Below, piece after piece: positions 11,712 to 22,718 of a stretch of DNA of 64,000 nucleotides (positions are counted from its first letter, which is position 1; every line of letters starts with the position of its first letter). Below the pieces are notes generated by a model. It was not told the origin of the DNA. It was given only the letters and a program-made list of their open reading frames with translations, and ran no database searches. The stretch lies in NCBI GenBank assembly GCA_019828565.1, contig JAHDYR010000006.1, forward strand, positions 1 to 64,000, read 5' to 3'. The translations under genes and the position numbers were made by a program. This stretch comes from Carpediemonas membranifera BICM. Taxonomy: Eukaryota; Protista; Fornicata.

Positions 11712-13313
11712 CGGCACAGCCGTATAGACTTGACGTCAGGGTACCAACAGGTAGGAATCAGACCGAAGGACCGCAGGCTGCTCGGCTTCATGATAGACGG
11801 GCGTCCATACGCTTTCCGCGTGCTTCCATTCGGCTGGTCAGCAGCACCGTTTCATTTCCAGATGATAATGCTAGAAGCTGCTCGCCTTGTTTCGGCCCGA
11901 TGGAACGTCAAGATCGTCGTATATCTAGACGACTGGGCCTTTCTTGCGCCGAAAGACTACCTGACAAGCTGCATGCCGCAGATTGTGCGCTTTCTGCAAA
12001 ATTTGGGCTTTATCCTGAACATCAAGAAATCCCAGCTGGACCCCGCCACTGTTACCGTATTCCTAGGGATGCTGATCGACTCCGCGCGCAGAACGATATG
12101 TGTCGAGAGCAACAAGGCGCACAAGTACTCTTCGCGAATTGCCGATGCCCTAGCCCACGGCTCCTCAGCGGCCGAGTGGAAGAGGCTGACAGGCAACCTG
12201 TCCTTCGCGTCAACGGCAGTCCCGGAAGGCCGCCTCTGGCTCAGACATCTCCAGTCCTGGGAGCCCGTGGAGTCTCATCGAGTCAAGATCCCCGAGGAGC
12301 AGCGAAATGCGCTCGTCCAATGGCAGAAGCTTCTCAACAACCATACTCCACGTCCCTTGAAAGAGCTACTTTCCCTTTGGGGCACTTCCAGCAACCTGGA
12401 CGTTACAATAGCCTCAGATGCTTCGACATTCGCGGCAGGAGCTGTCATCAGCATCGATGGAACGACGAAGACAATCTCTGTACCAACGAGCACCAACAAG
12501 GACCGTCATATAACAGAGCTGGAGTTCTTCGCTGCAATGGAGGCCATCAACTTCGTTCTGCAGGAGACAGCGATCTCAGACCGAGAGATCCGCGTGTTCT
12601 CCGACTCGACAGCGGCCGTAGCTTGGATCAACAAGCAGGAATCGTCCCACTGCCCACAAGCCGTCATTACCGAGCTCCATCGCATCCTTCCAAGGCTGAG
12701 AGCCAGAGGACTGCTGCTCAAGGCGGTTCATGTGAGCGGGCACCTCAATGTACGCCCGGATCGGCTGTCACGGCTCAGCAAGGTCGATTGGTGCACGCCG
12801 CAGGTGGTCCTCGACCATATTATCGACTCTTGGGGGCCACTACAGGTGGACGTCACAGCACAGGAAGGCAAGACGCTGCAGATCGGGGCAAACCCGCTCA
12901 TGCCCCTTACTCGCGCGCAGGATGGCCTCTCCTCCCAATGGGAGGGCCTCAGAGTCTACGCAGCACCCCCGTGGGCCCTCATTCCGGCCACCCTATCGAA
13001 GCTGGCTTCCATCGCCGCCCCTTCACAGGACGGAGATCCCTCCAGCTGGTCTTCAATGGCGGTAGTGCTCGTGCCGGACATAGTTTCGGCCGCGAACCTC
13101 GCCCTCAAGCGCTTAACGCCCCACAGGCGGTACTTCCGCCTTCCTCCGGGCTCATTCGATGGGACAGAGCTACAGAAGACGGCACGGGCCGATGTCACGG
13201 TCAGATTGATGACTCTCGCGTTCCGACTGAAGCCTTTAACAGTCTCGTTGGACATCCCAGGCTCTGAGGCCTCTCAGACTCCTACAAACGCCACATCGCG
13301 GGTACTCTGGTGA
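11712..13313 (+). CDS. DIRS-type retrotransposon RT - RNase H - Dam-like methyltransferase ORF, 5'-truncated
   Basis: IDLTSGYQQ, LPFGWSAAP, YLDD, FLG (RT). SDAS, HITELE, SDS, HVSGHLNVRPDRLSR (RNase H). DGLSSQW...VYAAPPW (MT). Confidence 0.92.
   Translation, partial: RHSRIDLTSGYQQVGIRPKDRRLLGFMIDGRPYAFRVLPFGWSAAPFHFQMIMLEAARLVSARWNVKIVVYLDDWAFLAPKDYLTSCMPQIVRFLQNLGFILNIKKSQLDPATVTVFLGMLIDSARRTICVESNKAHKYSSRIADALAHGSSAAEWKRLTGNLSFASTAVPEGRLWLRHLQSWEPVESHRVKIPEEQRNALVQWQKLLNNHTPRPLKELLSLWGTSSNLDVTIASDASTFAAGAVISIDGTTKTISVPTSTNKDRHITELEFFAAMEAINFVLQETAISDREIRVFSDSTAAVAWINKQESSHCPQAVITELHRILPRLRARGLLLKAVHVSGHLNVRPDRLSRLSKVDWCTPQVVLDHIIDSWGPLQVDVTAQEGKTLQIGANPLMPLTRAQDGLSSQWEGLRVYAAPPWALIPATLSKLASIAAPSQDGDPSSWSSMAVVLVPDIVSAANLALKRLTPHRRYFRLPPGSFDGTELQKTARADVTVRLMTLAFRLKPLTVSLDIPGSEASQTPTNATSRVLW
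11900..13267 (+). CDS. 455-codon alternative frame overlapping the DIRS RT ORF, in frame with the recombinase
   Basis: ATG at 11900, same frame as 13310-14167, separated from it by a single TGA. Long overlaps are typical of DIRS elements. Confidence 0.5.
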   Translation: MERQDRRISRRLGLSCAERLPDKLHAADCALSAKFGLYPEHQEIPAGPRHCYRIPRDADRLRAQNDMCREQQGAQVLFANCRCPSPRLLSGRVEEADRQPVLRVNGSPGRPPLAQTSPVLGARGVSSSQDPRGAAKCARPMAEASQQPYSTSLERATFPLGHFQQPGRYNSLRCFDIRGRSCHQHRWNDEDNLCTNEHQQGPSYNRAGVLRCNGGHQLRSAGDSDLRPRDPRVLRLDSGRSLDQQAGIVPLPTSRHYRAPSHPSKAESQRTAAQGGSCERAPQCTPGSAVTAQQGRLVHAAGGPRPYYRLLGATTGGRHSTGRQDAADRGKPAHAPYSRAGWPLLPMGGPQSLRSTPVGPHSGHPIEAGFHRRPFTGRRSLQLVFNGGSARAGHSFGREPRPQALNAPQAVLPPSSGLIRWDRATEDGTGRCHGQIDDSRVPTEAFNSLVGHPRL

Positions 13314-14167
13314 CATTCGTCGACTTAGCCTCAACAACACCCACGGTAGAGCAGGTAGCTACCTGGGTGCGGCAGCAGAGAGCCTCCTGCAGCGAAACCA
13401 CGATCATGCGGAAGGCCCAGCTCATCATCACTCATGGGTCCGACATCTTGGGCATCCAGCTCCCTGAACACTTCCGTCCGGCCATTAAGGAGGCCGCCAA
13501 GGGCGCAGCCGGCAAGCCGATCGGTCAGGCCCCACCCATAAGACTGCCACTCTTCCACAAGGCACTGTCAGAGGCAGCCGTCTCCGGCCCCCTTCCGAAG
13601 ACGTGGGTGCAAGCCTTCGCCTTCTCACTAGTGGCCTACTCGACGACCTCAAGACCTGGCGAGATCTTCGGGTTAACAGGAGGAGACGTGAAGCCCGCGG
13701 GCGCGGGCGGTATAACGATCCGTATTCAGGCGACCAAGACTGGGAGGTCTAACGTGCTCAAGCTCGTACCGGACGTGCGGGGTCACCCGCTTTCCCCTGC
13801 GCTGTGGCTGGCCCGTCACATTCAGAACCTCCCTCAATCTGATCTGAACGAATCTATCTGGCGTGCGCCGCGTGTCGATGGCTCGCTCTCATCCACGCCC
13901 ATCTCCTTCGACCTACTTGGAGACTACATGGCTGGCGTCTTCCACAGAGTCAGCATCCGGGCTCACGGGCTTAGGCGCGGCTCAGCCGCCGACCTAGTCC
14001 TGGCTGGCGTTTCCCCTTACGTAGTCGCAGCCAAGGGTACATGGGCCGATATCAATTCGATGCTCCGGTATATTGACGACACGATGAGACTTGACCTCGC
14101 GACGTCCGCCAAGTGCTTCACACCGCTCATGGCACAAGGGCTGCCAGACGAGATCAAGTTCGAATAA
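13268..14167 (+). CDS. Tyrosine recombinase of DIRS-like element
   Basis: Catalytic R (TSRPGE), K (ATKT), HxxR (HGLRRG), W (GTW) and Y (MLRY) are all present. Confidence 0.92.
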   Translation, partial: GLSDSYKRHIAGTLVTFVDLASTTPTVEQVATWVRQQRASCSETTIMRKAQLIITHGSDILGIQLPEHFRPAIKEAAKGAAGKPIGQAPPIRLPLFHKALSEAAVSGPLPKTWVQAFAFSLVAYSTTSRPGEIFGLTGGDVKPAGAGGITIRIQATKTGRSNVLKLVPDVRGHPLSPALWLARHIQNLPQSDLNESIWRAPRVDGSLSSTPISFDLLGDYMAGVFHRVSIRAHGLRRGSAADLVLAGVSPYVVAAKGTWADINSMLRYIDDTMRLDLATSAKCFTPLMAQGLPDEIKFE

Positions 14168-15099
14168 TAAGACTGCAAGAGAGCAGCAAAGGGGCCCATC
14201 AGTCGGGGCAGGTGGTCTGGGGAGGCTACCTCGCCCTCGACCGGGCCCTATCGCGTGGACCAAGTGTGGTCGCAATAAATTTAGAGAGAGTTTTATGTTG
14301 TTGGCGACCGGGACTCTCCATGGGTTTATATCACATTTGACATACCCAATGTCTGCATGTCAGACCGGACCACTGTCCCCACGCGCGGGCATCCGTACCC
14401 GGATGCGCGGCGAGCGCATGCTGCGGAGAGCAGCACAGAGAGAGGAGCCGGGGAGGCTCCTCCCCTCTTTTCCCAATCTGGGCATCGTCCCCTGCTGGTG
14501 GACGCCCATTTGGTCGTCGGCGTCTGCAGTGCCATAAACTGCACCGGACAGAAAGAGCGCGGATGGCCGACACCGCCTTCATTAAAACACTATTTGGGAT
14601 TGTCTACAGTTGTAGACGTGCGCCGCACGGTGTATACGTATTTCGCAAAGCCACTTTGTTAACTGAACCCTACCGGTGGGGGATGCGGCCAGCGGATGGC
14701 GCTGAGACCGGATGACCGGGTGGGATTCCAGCTGAATTAAAGGTTAACCCTGAGGGGACAGGGGCTACTTTGGAGACATGCAATTCCTTCCTTCGATTCT
14801 TGACCCACAGTAGAAGCACGTCCAGTGCGTCTAGACTGCATCCCTAGTTACTTAGTGTCGCCCAGACTATATTCAGGGATCTCACTCCTCTCACCGACTT
14901 CGCCCAGTGTTATAAGTGGCGAAGAGAATTTTCGCAGGGCAGTATTTAATGCATGTCTCAGTGTAGCCAGACAACGCAAGGATGAGCTACGCTGCTGCGC
15001 TTCTGATTCTCCAAACAACGTTGCCGGGCGGGTCTACCCGGTTGGACCCTGACCAGACCACGATTACAACTTTACGTAACATAAATGGCGCCATCCGAC

Positions 15100-16311
15100 T
15101 CACACCGGCGAGTCGCCGAGGAGCCCCTTGACCTCCTCCAGACTGAGGCCCTGGCCCCCAAAGGGCGTGGCCGCCTCCTCCTCGTCAGCCCCGACCATGG
15201 CGTATCCCCTGTCGGTCGAGTTGTCCTGATCGTCCAGGTCGCGGTCCATGACCATCTTGGACAGCTCGGTCGTGGCCTTCTCGCTCTCCATCTTGGCCCT
15301 GCGCTCTTCTCTGAGAACCTTGTCGACCTGGTGCTTGGTGAGGAACGAGATGCCCAACCCCATGACGATGGAGAGGACGACGCCGACCGCCATGATGCCG
15401 AGCTTGAAGGTGTTGCTGAAGTCGATCTCATCCGCTGAGATGACCTTGGTGAAGCTCGAGGCGGTGGACCCCAGGTAGATGTAGACGAGCTCCTCGGGGA
15501 TGAGGAAGATGCCAGTGGCGACGACGAAGTGCCAGTACTTCACGCCAGAGACAGAGAGCATGTAGGTGACCACGCAGATGGGAAGGATGGGGCACAGCCG
15601 GAGCATGATCGAGATCTTCAGCGAGGAGCGGTGAACTGCGATCTCCAGCGCCCGGAAGAACTTGTTCGTAGCAAATTTCTTCTGGACAGACTTGCCGATG
15701 AAGTAGCGGCCGAGGACGAAGCTGACAGAGGAGCCTAGGAGGTGGGCGATGTGACCAACCAGGAGCGTCCACCAGAATCCGAGGAGGAAGCCACCAAAGA
15801 TGTACAGAGTCGTGGGAGGAATGGAGATGCAGGTGCCGACGAACATAATGCCGGCGTATACGATGATGGCGAGGGGGCCAAGCGACTGAAGGAAGACGAA
15901 AAGCTTGCTCCAGAACCCAGAGGGTAAAAAGAAATTAACGACGAGCAACAGGGCGAGCACCGCGATAACAAGGACGACCTTGCACCAGAACTTGGGGCTC
16001 TTGAACGTAGAGAGCCAGTGCTTCTTCTTAATGACCTCCTCCACGGTGTTTGTGTCGAAAATGGACTCGTCGAGGACCTGCATGTCGATCGTCGTGTTGA
16101 TAGCACGGGAAACACCATGCTGGATGCGTTCTTTGGTCACTGCACTGGTCCATTTCTTTCCATTTGAGACATGATGAGCCCCGCGTGGCGAGAAACCATC
16201 GTGAGCAGAATTATCGTTCAATAGGCCATCGTCTGGTGCTAAAAGATCGTCACGGGACGAAGTATGGTCGAATTGATCCATGTGTGGACTTGAATCGGTC
16301 AAATCCATCAT
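15100..16311 (-). CDS. Tvp38/TMEM64 (DedA/VTT, SNARE-associated) membrane protein
   Basis: Multiple TM helices, GGFLLGF, LGRY, LRLCPILP, YxLSVSGV. First ATG at 16311. Confidence 0.9.
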   Translation of the reverse strand: MMDLTDSSPHMDQFDHTSSRDDLLAPDDGLLNDNSAHDGFSPRGAHHVSNGKKWTSAVTKERIQHGVSRAINTTIDMQVLDESIFDTNTVEEVIKKKHWLSTFKSPKFWCKVVLVIAVLALLLVVNFFLPSGFWSKLFVFLQSLGPLAIIVYAGIMFVGTCISIPPTTLYIFGGFLLGFWWTLLVGHIAHLLGSSVSFVLGRYFIGKSVQKKFATNKFFRALEIAVHRSSLKISIMLRLCPILPICVVTYMLSVSGVKYWHFVVATGIFLIPEELVYIYLGSTASSFTKVISADEIDFSNTFKLGIMAVGVVLSIVMGLGISFLTKHQVDKVLREERRAKMESEKATTELSKMVMDRDLDDQDNSTDRGYAMVGADEEEAATPFGGQGLSLEEVKGLLGDSPV

Positions 16312-16493
16312 AGTTGACGTGTTTTGGTGACGAAGACTGTTTCTGGAAGCAGTCAAATGAAGTCGTCATATAGAGTACCTCGCAAGATCCCAAGATACGG
16401 AATATCCGCGACTCCATCGAGCCCCAGCACACCCGTATCGAACCAAGAGTACTTTGTTTAATTCCCTGCTGCCCCACACCTCAAGCACAACCT

Positions 16494-17459
16494 CTAGTCC
16501 TGGAGCATGTCCTCGACTTCTCCCCTGGTTGGCATGGCGGGTGCGGTGCCCTCCTTGGTTACACTGAGCGCAGCAGTCGCATTACCGAACTTGGCAGCAT
16601 CGACGACGTCTCCGCCGTTTTCTACAAACTTTGTGGCGAACCCACCGATAAATGCGTCCCCGGCGCCTGTGCTATCCACACAATGCACGTGGAACGCAGG
16701 GATGAATATTGGAGTGTCCATGGCCTCCTTATCGTACACACAGACGCCCCTGCTGCCCAGGGTGACGACGACGGTGCGGACGGGCAGAGCGGCGCTAGCC
16801 TCAGCAATTGCCGTGGTTACTTGCTCAATAGGGTCCTTGGACAGGTCCACATTCACCTCAATACCCCTCTGCTGGAGCATGGTGGCGAACTCGGTTTCAT
16901 TAGGTGCGAGGATGTCGACAGAAGCCAGGGTTGTCTCGCTGATCGGTGCCATGGGCGCCGGGTTCAACACAGTGGTCACACCGAGCGCACGGGCACGAGA
17001 AAGTACCGCTTCGTTGACAGCGGGGTCTATCTCATGCTGCATGACGATGATGCCCGCCGACTGAAGCATGTCGTCCGAGACGTCCTCGGACTTGAGCTCA
17101 AGGTTCGACCCGAGCGCCACAACAATGGAGTTCTGTCCCTCATCGTTGACGAGGATGCCTGCGGTGCCGGTGGGGATAGTCGGGTGGACCTTAACGCGGA
17201 CATCGATGCCTTGCTTGGCTTGGAAGTCTCTGGCACCGGTTCCGAACAAGTCGTCGCCGACACAGCCGCAGAACATCACCTTTGTTCCATTGGAAACTCT
17301 TGCAGCTGCCACCGCCTGGTTGGAGCCCTTTCCACCTGGCCCTGTTCTGAATTTGCCAACAAGAGTCTCCCCAGGGGCTGGGAACGTCTTGGAGTTCCAA
17401 ACAAGATCTTGAGCGTATGATCCTACCACAAGTACAGCCTTATCTTCACCGTTAACCAT
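16494..17459 (-). CDS. RBKS: Ribokinase (PfkB family)
   Basis: GGKGSNQAVAAAR, NPAP, PNETE, DSTGAGDAF. Confidence 0.95.
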   Translation of the reverse strand: MVNGEDKAVLVVGSYAQDLVWNSKTFPAPGETLVGKFRTGPGGKGSNQAVAAARVSNGTKVMFCGCVGDDLFGTGARDFQAKQGIDVRVKVHPTIPTGTAGILVNDEGQNSIVVALGSNLELKSEDVSDDMLQSAGIIVMQHEIDPAVNEAVLSRARALGVTTVLNPAPMAPISETTLASVDILAPNETEFATMLQQRGIEVNVDLSKDPIEQVTTAIAEASAALPVRTVVVTLGSRGVCVYDKEAMDTPIFIPAFHVHCVDSTGAGDAFIGGFATKFVENGGDVVDAAKFGNATAALSVTKEGTAPAMPTRGEVEDMLQD

Positions 17460-17663
17460 GTTCACGATTCGTTCGTCGTTTTTGTCATAAAATGCGTTCT
17501 ATCGCCACAGCCCATACAGGGGGATCTAGACATGGGTGGTAGTCATCAGATGAGCGCTTGCATGCATTCGAATCGGCGGGCTTCATTCTGTGACAGCCCG
17601 CCGACTGTGCCACATGCCGCCTAGGACCATCCTGCACAACCACCTTAAAATGCACTAACGACC

Positions 17664-18412
17664 CTATCTAGCGCGTTTACTTCCAATCCCGAGTAGCCCC
17701 TGGACGTCAGCCAGGCTGACACCCGCCTCTTCGTCAGTCTCGAGTCCGAACTCCTCCAGTAGGTCAGGCACAGGCTTGTCCCTCCCCTCCGACATCTGAT
17801 TGATCACATCCATCACGGCCATGCGGCGGGTCTTCCATAGCTTCACTAGGTAGAGGAGTTCAGCATCAGTGCGCTTGTTGGCCTCCTCATCTATGGTGCC
17901 AACAGCCTCCTCGTTGTCCTTCAGGCGCTGCTCTAGGGCTGCGACTTCAGCTCGCCTCTTTTCAAGGAGGTCGTCTATTTCTGCGTCTGTGGGCTCCTTC
18001 AGGAGCTGGCGTGTCCGGTCCTCGAGCTGCTGCTGCTGTTCCTTCATCTCCACGATGCGGACGTTGGCCTCTCTGATGTAGGTGCGTTTGGTGTTAAGCT
18101 CGGCTGTCTGTTCTGCTGTTGGGATAGGTATCTCGGCCCAAAAGAGCTTGGAGCGGCCAAATGCTTTCATGACGAGTTGCCCGTCGGCAACAGCGGCATC
18201 CAGGGCTCGATCAACCTTAACCTTCGACTTGCCTGCCTTATTCTTCGATTGCATCCAATTCACTGTCTCTGTGGCACTGATTGGTTGGCGGTGCTCTGTT
18301 ACAAACGCAACAATCTCTCTCTGCACTGTGTTATGCCGAAACTAGCAGAAAAACAACACAAACGTTGAGCAGGAGTCCATTCACCACCCTTTCCTTTCGT
18401 ACTTCCAGCCAT
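17664..18412 (-). CDS. HOP2: Hop2/TBPIP meiotic pairing protein; one 38-nt intron (18326-18363)
   Basis: Winged helix (RQPISAT...LVMKAFGRSKLF), coiled coil, WKTRR...EEFGLETDE. Splicing restores an ATG start (MAGSTKG...QLQREIV). Confidence 0.85.
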
Positions 18413-18542
18413 TATCAATTTGAACCGAGATTCGTTGTCCGGCGCTGGCGGTGGCCAAAAATGCTCGACTCTTGCCCGAGTCACAACCATTCCCGCCACC
18501 ATCATCATCACAGCTCAATACTACATTTATCATACACCCTTT

Positions 18543-21234
18543 TCACAAGCCCGCCTGGGCAGCAAGATGCTGCAGCCAGAAACCAGACCACAGCCTGATC
18601 GACCGGGCCTGGCACGCGATACGGGGGAATGCACGGCGCCCCTTCAGGTCAAACTCGACTGGGGCGTACTCAGAGTTGACGAACATCTCTCTGGCGTCCA
18701 GTAACTCATCCCACACTCTTGAGGTCCGGCCGGCCATGTTGCTGTTGTTCCTCTCCCGCTCACAGTCAAAGATAAACGTACCGTAGCGGCATGAGTATAC
18801 ATGGTAGGCTATGTAAAGCAGCATCTCCTCATTAAACTCGAACAGGGTCGGGTGCTGCTGCGTGCACTGGTACACGGCGTCCAGCCACTGAAGGAAGACG
18901 GGCGCCACCTGCTGATCGTCAGGTCGACCGCCAATCTCATCTCCGCCGACGTATGCAAGTGCGGCGGAGCTGGAGGCCCCGTCGTCCTCGCCGGCATCGG
19001 GCAGTGTGCCGTCGCCATCCCTGAAGCCCGAGATCTGCTGGAACTTGGTCGGCCCTGAGATCTCCGCCTGAAGGGTCTGACCGCCGATGTGTCTGCATCG
19101 CGTGCTGAACCTATGTCCGGCTGCGAGCCACTCCTTTTCGATAAGGGTGATGAATCCTTCGATGGTGCGGTAGTAGGGGTCGAGAAGGAGCATGGCGAGG
19201 GACGTAACCTGCGCGGTACGATCCCATCCATCGCTGCCTGTATAAAAAACAAAAAATTAAAAACAAACAGTGAACAAGTGCGTGGCATCTGACCGTCCCG
19301 ATACACTCGGCGACCTGCATGGCGCCGGCCAGCACCGACCTGAGATGGTCGACCCATCTGGTGTTCTCAACCCTACTCTGCCAGGACTTCTCGTACGTGC
19401 TCTGGACCGAGTCTGGGCGATACTGGCCAAGCACGGTCTCGGCCTCGCTCTCATCCATGGGGGACGTGATCTGCTCTGCCAGGGCTAGCTCCAGCTTACA
19501 CACTGGAGAGACGGTGACCGTGGGCCGGACCCTCCACTGGGCCTTCGTGGTCAGCTGCTCCGTGGTGTAGACGGGAACGGGGTCAAAGGCGTCAGGGTCG
19601 TCATCACTGGCATAGGGCGAGGGTCTGGTCGACCCTTCGGTGTTCGTGGCAGAGGTGTGGACCGTGTTCCCGTCACTACCGCCGTTTGCCATGCCCGAGT
19701 CAACCCGAGTCATAGTCTGACCACTTACAGAACCGGACCGACTGTCACTGGGGCTGGAGGCAGGCTGGCGCTGCTCGAACATCGCCTTGAGCTCCTGGAA
19801 CCTGCTCTTGAACTCGTCGCCGTCGAGTTGGGACGGCTGGACAGAGCTGGTCGACCCAAGCTTCGACTGGCTGCGACTCTGCCCGAGTCTAGCAGTAGGC
19901 CGCTCGTCCTTGCGCTCCTTGGCCTTGAACAACGACATGGCCGACGACACGGCGGTGTTCAGGGTTGACCTGAGTTGGGAGTCAGGCTTGGGTCGAATCA
20001 TGTCCTCGTTTGTGACAAGCAGCGGTCTCTCGAGGACACTGAGGGTCGAGGGGGCGTCTCGCATCACCTCGCACATCTGGAGGTATGAGTTACGTACCGC
20101 ATGTATATTCGCGATGTTCAAGTATCTAACACGGGACGAGCCGTAAAACATGCCCTCCGTGCCCTTACCGGCCATCTGGTTGGCCATGGCGTTCAGGCGG
20201 GGCCGGCAGTCGAAGATGTAGAGCCTGTCGCACTGGGGCGGGGTGGTACGCATGAGGTCGATCAGCTTCTCATCAGCAGGTGACCGGGTCGTCATCCCCG
20301 AGAGCGGCTGGGCGCTCCTGCTGAGGGTTACCCCCGTGGGGTGGCGGTAGGAGAGCATGGGGATCCGCCCCTTGGACCTGAACGCCGCGGCCCCGAGGAC
20401 ATCCTCGTCCGTGATCGAGTTGGGGACGACAAGAACGGCAGGGTACGTCGGGGACATCTGGTAGTCGGTGTTGAGGAACGTCACACGCCAGCCCGACTTG
20501 GAGTCGGGCCCTCTTATAAATTTCCCAGCGGGTTGGGTAGTACCACGAACAGCGGGGGCAGGGGGCGGGCTGCCGTCAGTGCAGGCATTGAGCCGACTCA
20601 GTAGATCGTAGGCGATGGGCTTGGCTCTGGGGGCGCGGCTGATGGGGTCTCTGTTGAGGAATACAGCGTTGTAGTACGAGAGGAGGGGCCCGAGGTCCTC
20701 GGGGTAGAGGACGCCCTGCCTGATCAGCTCGGGGAAGGGGTTGTAGCACTTGCTGTCGGGTTGGTCGAGTGCCTTTCTGTGGACCACGCTGAACGCTGTT
20801 GGTTGGAGCGTGGGGGCGAACCCGATACGGCGAATGGCTTTGGATACACGGGCCCGGCTCTGGACGCGGGGGTCGAAGGCCAGGCGGATAGTCACTGGAG
20901 TCTTCAGACGAATCACTAGCTGGTACTGCTTGCGAAGGGTGGCTGTCTTGCGACCACCGATCTTGGTGAAGGAGTACACAAGATGGTAGGGAACATTCAT
21001 GATGGGAATGCTGCAATCAACCGGCTGAAAAAGCATTCGGTAGTTGGTAAGTGTGAGATCACCGAAAATGTAGCCGTCGTTCACTTCATAGGATCCTGTG
21101 AGTGGTTGATTCGTGCCAAACTCAAATTTGCTTGACCAGAAGTTCCCAACGAGAAGCTGGTTCTCTGTTACGCCGACATTCGGAATAAGATGCTCCATCT
21201 CTTCTCCAGGAAGAAGGAGAGACTTATCGAGCAT
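18543..21234 (-). CDS. Myotubularin phosphoinositide phosphatase; 31-nt intron 19238-19268
   Basis: PH-GRAM region, FRSKGRIP, NIHAVR, LLLDPYYRTIEGF. Intron removal restores the catalytic HCSDGWDRT. Confidence 0.95.
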
Positions 21235-21337
21235 CGCAGGGCGAGATGAGATTGTTTGGTCAGAGATAAACTGCACATCCCTTGTATCGACTCAATCTAA
21301 CTCCGTCATCCTCACCACGGCAGCGACTGCAAGTAAT

Positions 21338-22487
21338 TTACCGCCCAGACCTGTCTAATACGTCATAAATCGCGTTCATCGCCGAGGCAATGTCAACCAC
21401 CGCCGACACCTGCCCATCTGCTGCCCGGTCCCGAATGTGCACCGCGAAGTGGTCCAGAGCCTCCTCGAGCATGGTATTCCTGCTGCCAGGCTCGGGCGCC
21501 TCTGTGGAGATGTGTGTGGGCGATCTCTTGAGCTCCTGCCGGACGAAGGGCTCGCGGTGAGAGCGGATGGGCGAGCCGTGGAGCTTGGGATGCTGCTGTT
21601 GGGCCTTAGTCACCTCGGCCAGAGCAGCAGTATCCTTCGCTTCCGCATCCTGTCGCGCCTGGAGCTCAGCGACGACGCGCTTCTCCTGCTCATCGGCCTG
21701 CTGCTCGAGCCCTGCTGCCTTGGCCTCCGCCTCTGTCAGCACGCGGGCCTCGCACACTGGACAGAACAGGTGGCCATCCTTGTTCCGCATGAGAGGCATG
21801 GAGCAGCCGCTGGGGCAGTTCTTAGCCGTCATCGTCCAGCCGCCCAACAGCCAGCGGGAGAAGCGGGCCTGGGCGGCAGACTCGGACTCGTAGCGGGCCT
21901 CAGCAGCTTCCATGCGGGCCTTGAGGTCGGCGCGCTGGGCGGCAAGGGTCTCCTCGTCGATCTCGCTCCTCTCGCTCCCACTCTCGGAAGAATCAGAGCT
22001 GGAGGACTCTTCATTCTCCACAGGCTTGGCGGGCTGCTCCTCCACCTGCTCCTGCTCCGCCTCCTTCTCAGGCTGCTGTGCGGGTTCGGGTTCGGTGGGC
22101 TTGATGACGGGTGAGGCCTCCTCCTCGCTGGCAGAGGGTGACAGGTCCTTCAGGGGCTGCTTGCGGATCTCAACAGCCTGGAGGAAGGCATCAGAATCCT
22201 TATCGGGGTCGATGGAGTCCTCAGCGGCCTCCTGCTCCCGGATTGAGCGGGGAGGTATGGAATGCGTGGAGGAACCAGTGAAATCATACTTCTTGTTGCA
22301 TGAAACGCAGAATAAAACACTAGGCTGATTCTTCTGAGTAACTAGATGGTCTGTAACGAACTTTCTTGAGGAGAACGGTGTCGCACTCTTTGCATTGGGC
22401 CGACGTCATCGACCAGCCGTTAAGAAGGTACCGAGACATTTCCTAGGTGACAGAGTGGTTCGGTGGACAAACATTAAGGTTGCTCAT
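21338..22487 (-). CDS. SSSCA1/ZNRD2-like protein with two zinc-ribbon modules; introns 22443-22472 and 22334-22361
   Basis: Spliced N-terminus MSNLNEMSRYLLNGWSMTSAQCKEC...FCVSC. Second module LLGGWTMTAKNCPSGC...FCPVC. Confidence 0.8.
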
Positions 22488-22718
22488 CGTTCTATTATCG
22501 CTGCCTCGAATTGATTAGAGCGGTAGAGGCTTAACCTGCGAATCTCTCGGCAAGTCGCCTGCTGTGGTCCCGGTCCCTCATCACGGCCGGGTGTATGACT
22601 TGCTGGTCGGTAACAGTGTCTCTTGTCTCTCAACCGTTTTTCTAAATCGTCTTCTACACCCAGGTCCAGACGCACTCGCACCAGCCCCTCATGATCCGAT
22701 TCTGTCGATTCTATGCAT

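Larger units (their letters stand above)
11712..15000 (+). mobile_element. DIRS/Ngaro-like YR retrotransposon, gag end missing; right boundary uncertain
   Basis: RT-RH-MT + YR organisation followed by ~0.8 kb of non-coding sequence. Confidence 0.75.

Noticed and set aside
14168-15060. DIRS terminal inverted or split direct repeats
   Set aside because: The left end is missing. Only short local hairpins are seen, so no boundary can be supported.
21267-21276. GTGCAG|TTTA motif as a trans- or cis-splice acceptor
   Set aside because: Equivalent positioned variants read GCATTTTA without AG and lack a polypyrimidine tract. An initiator fits better.
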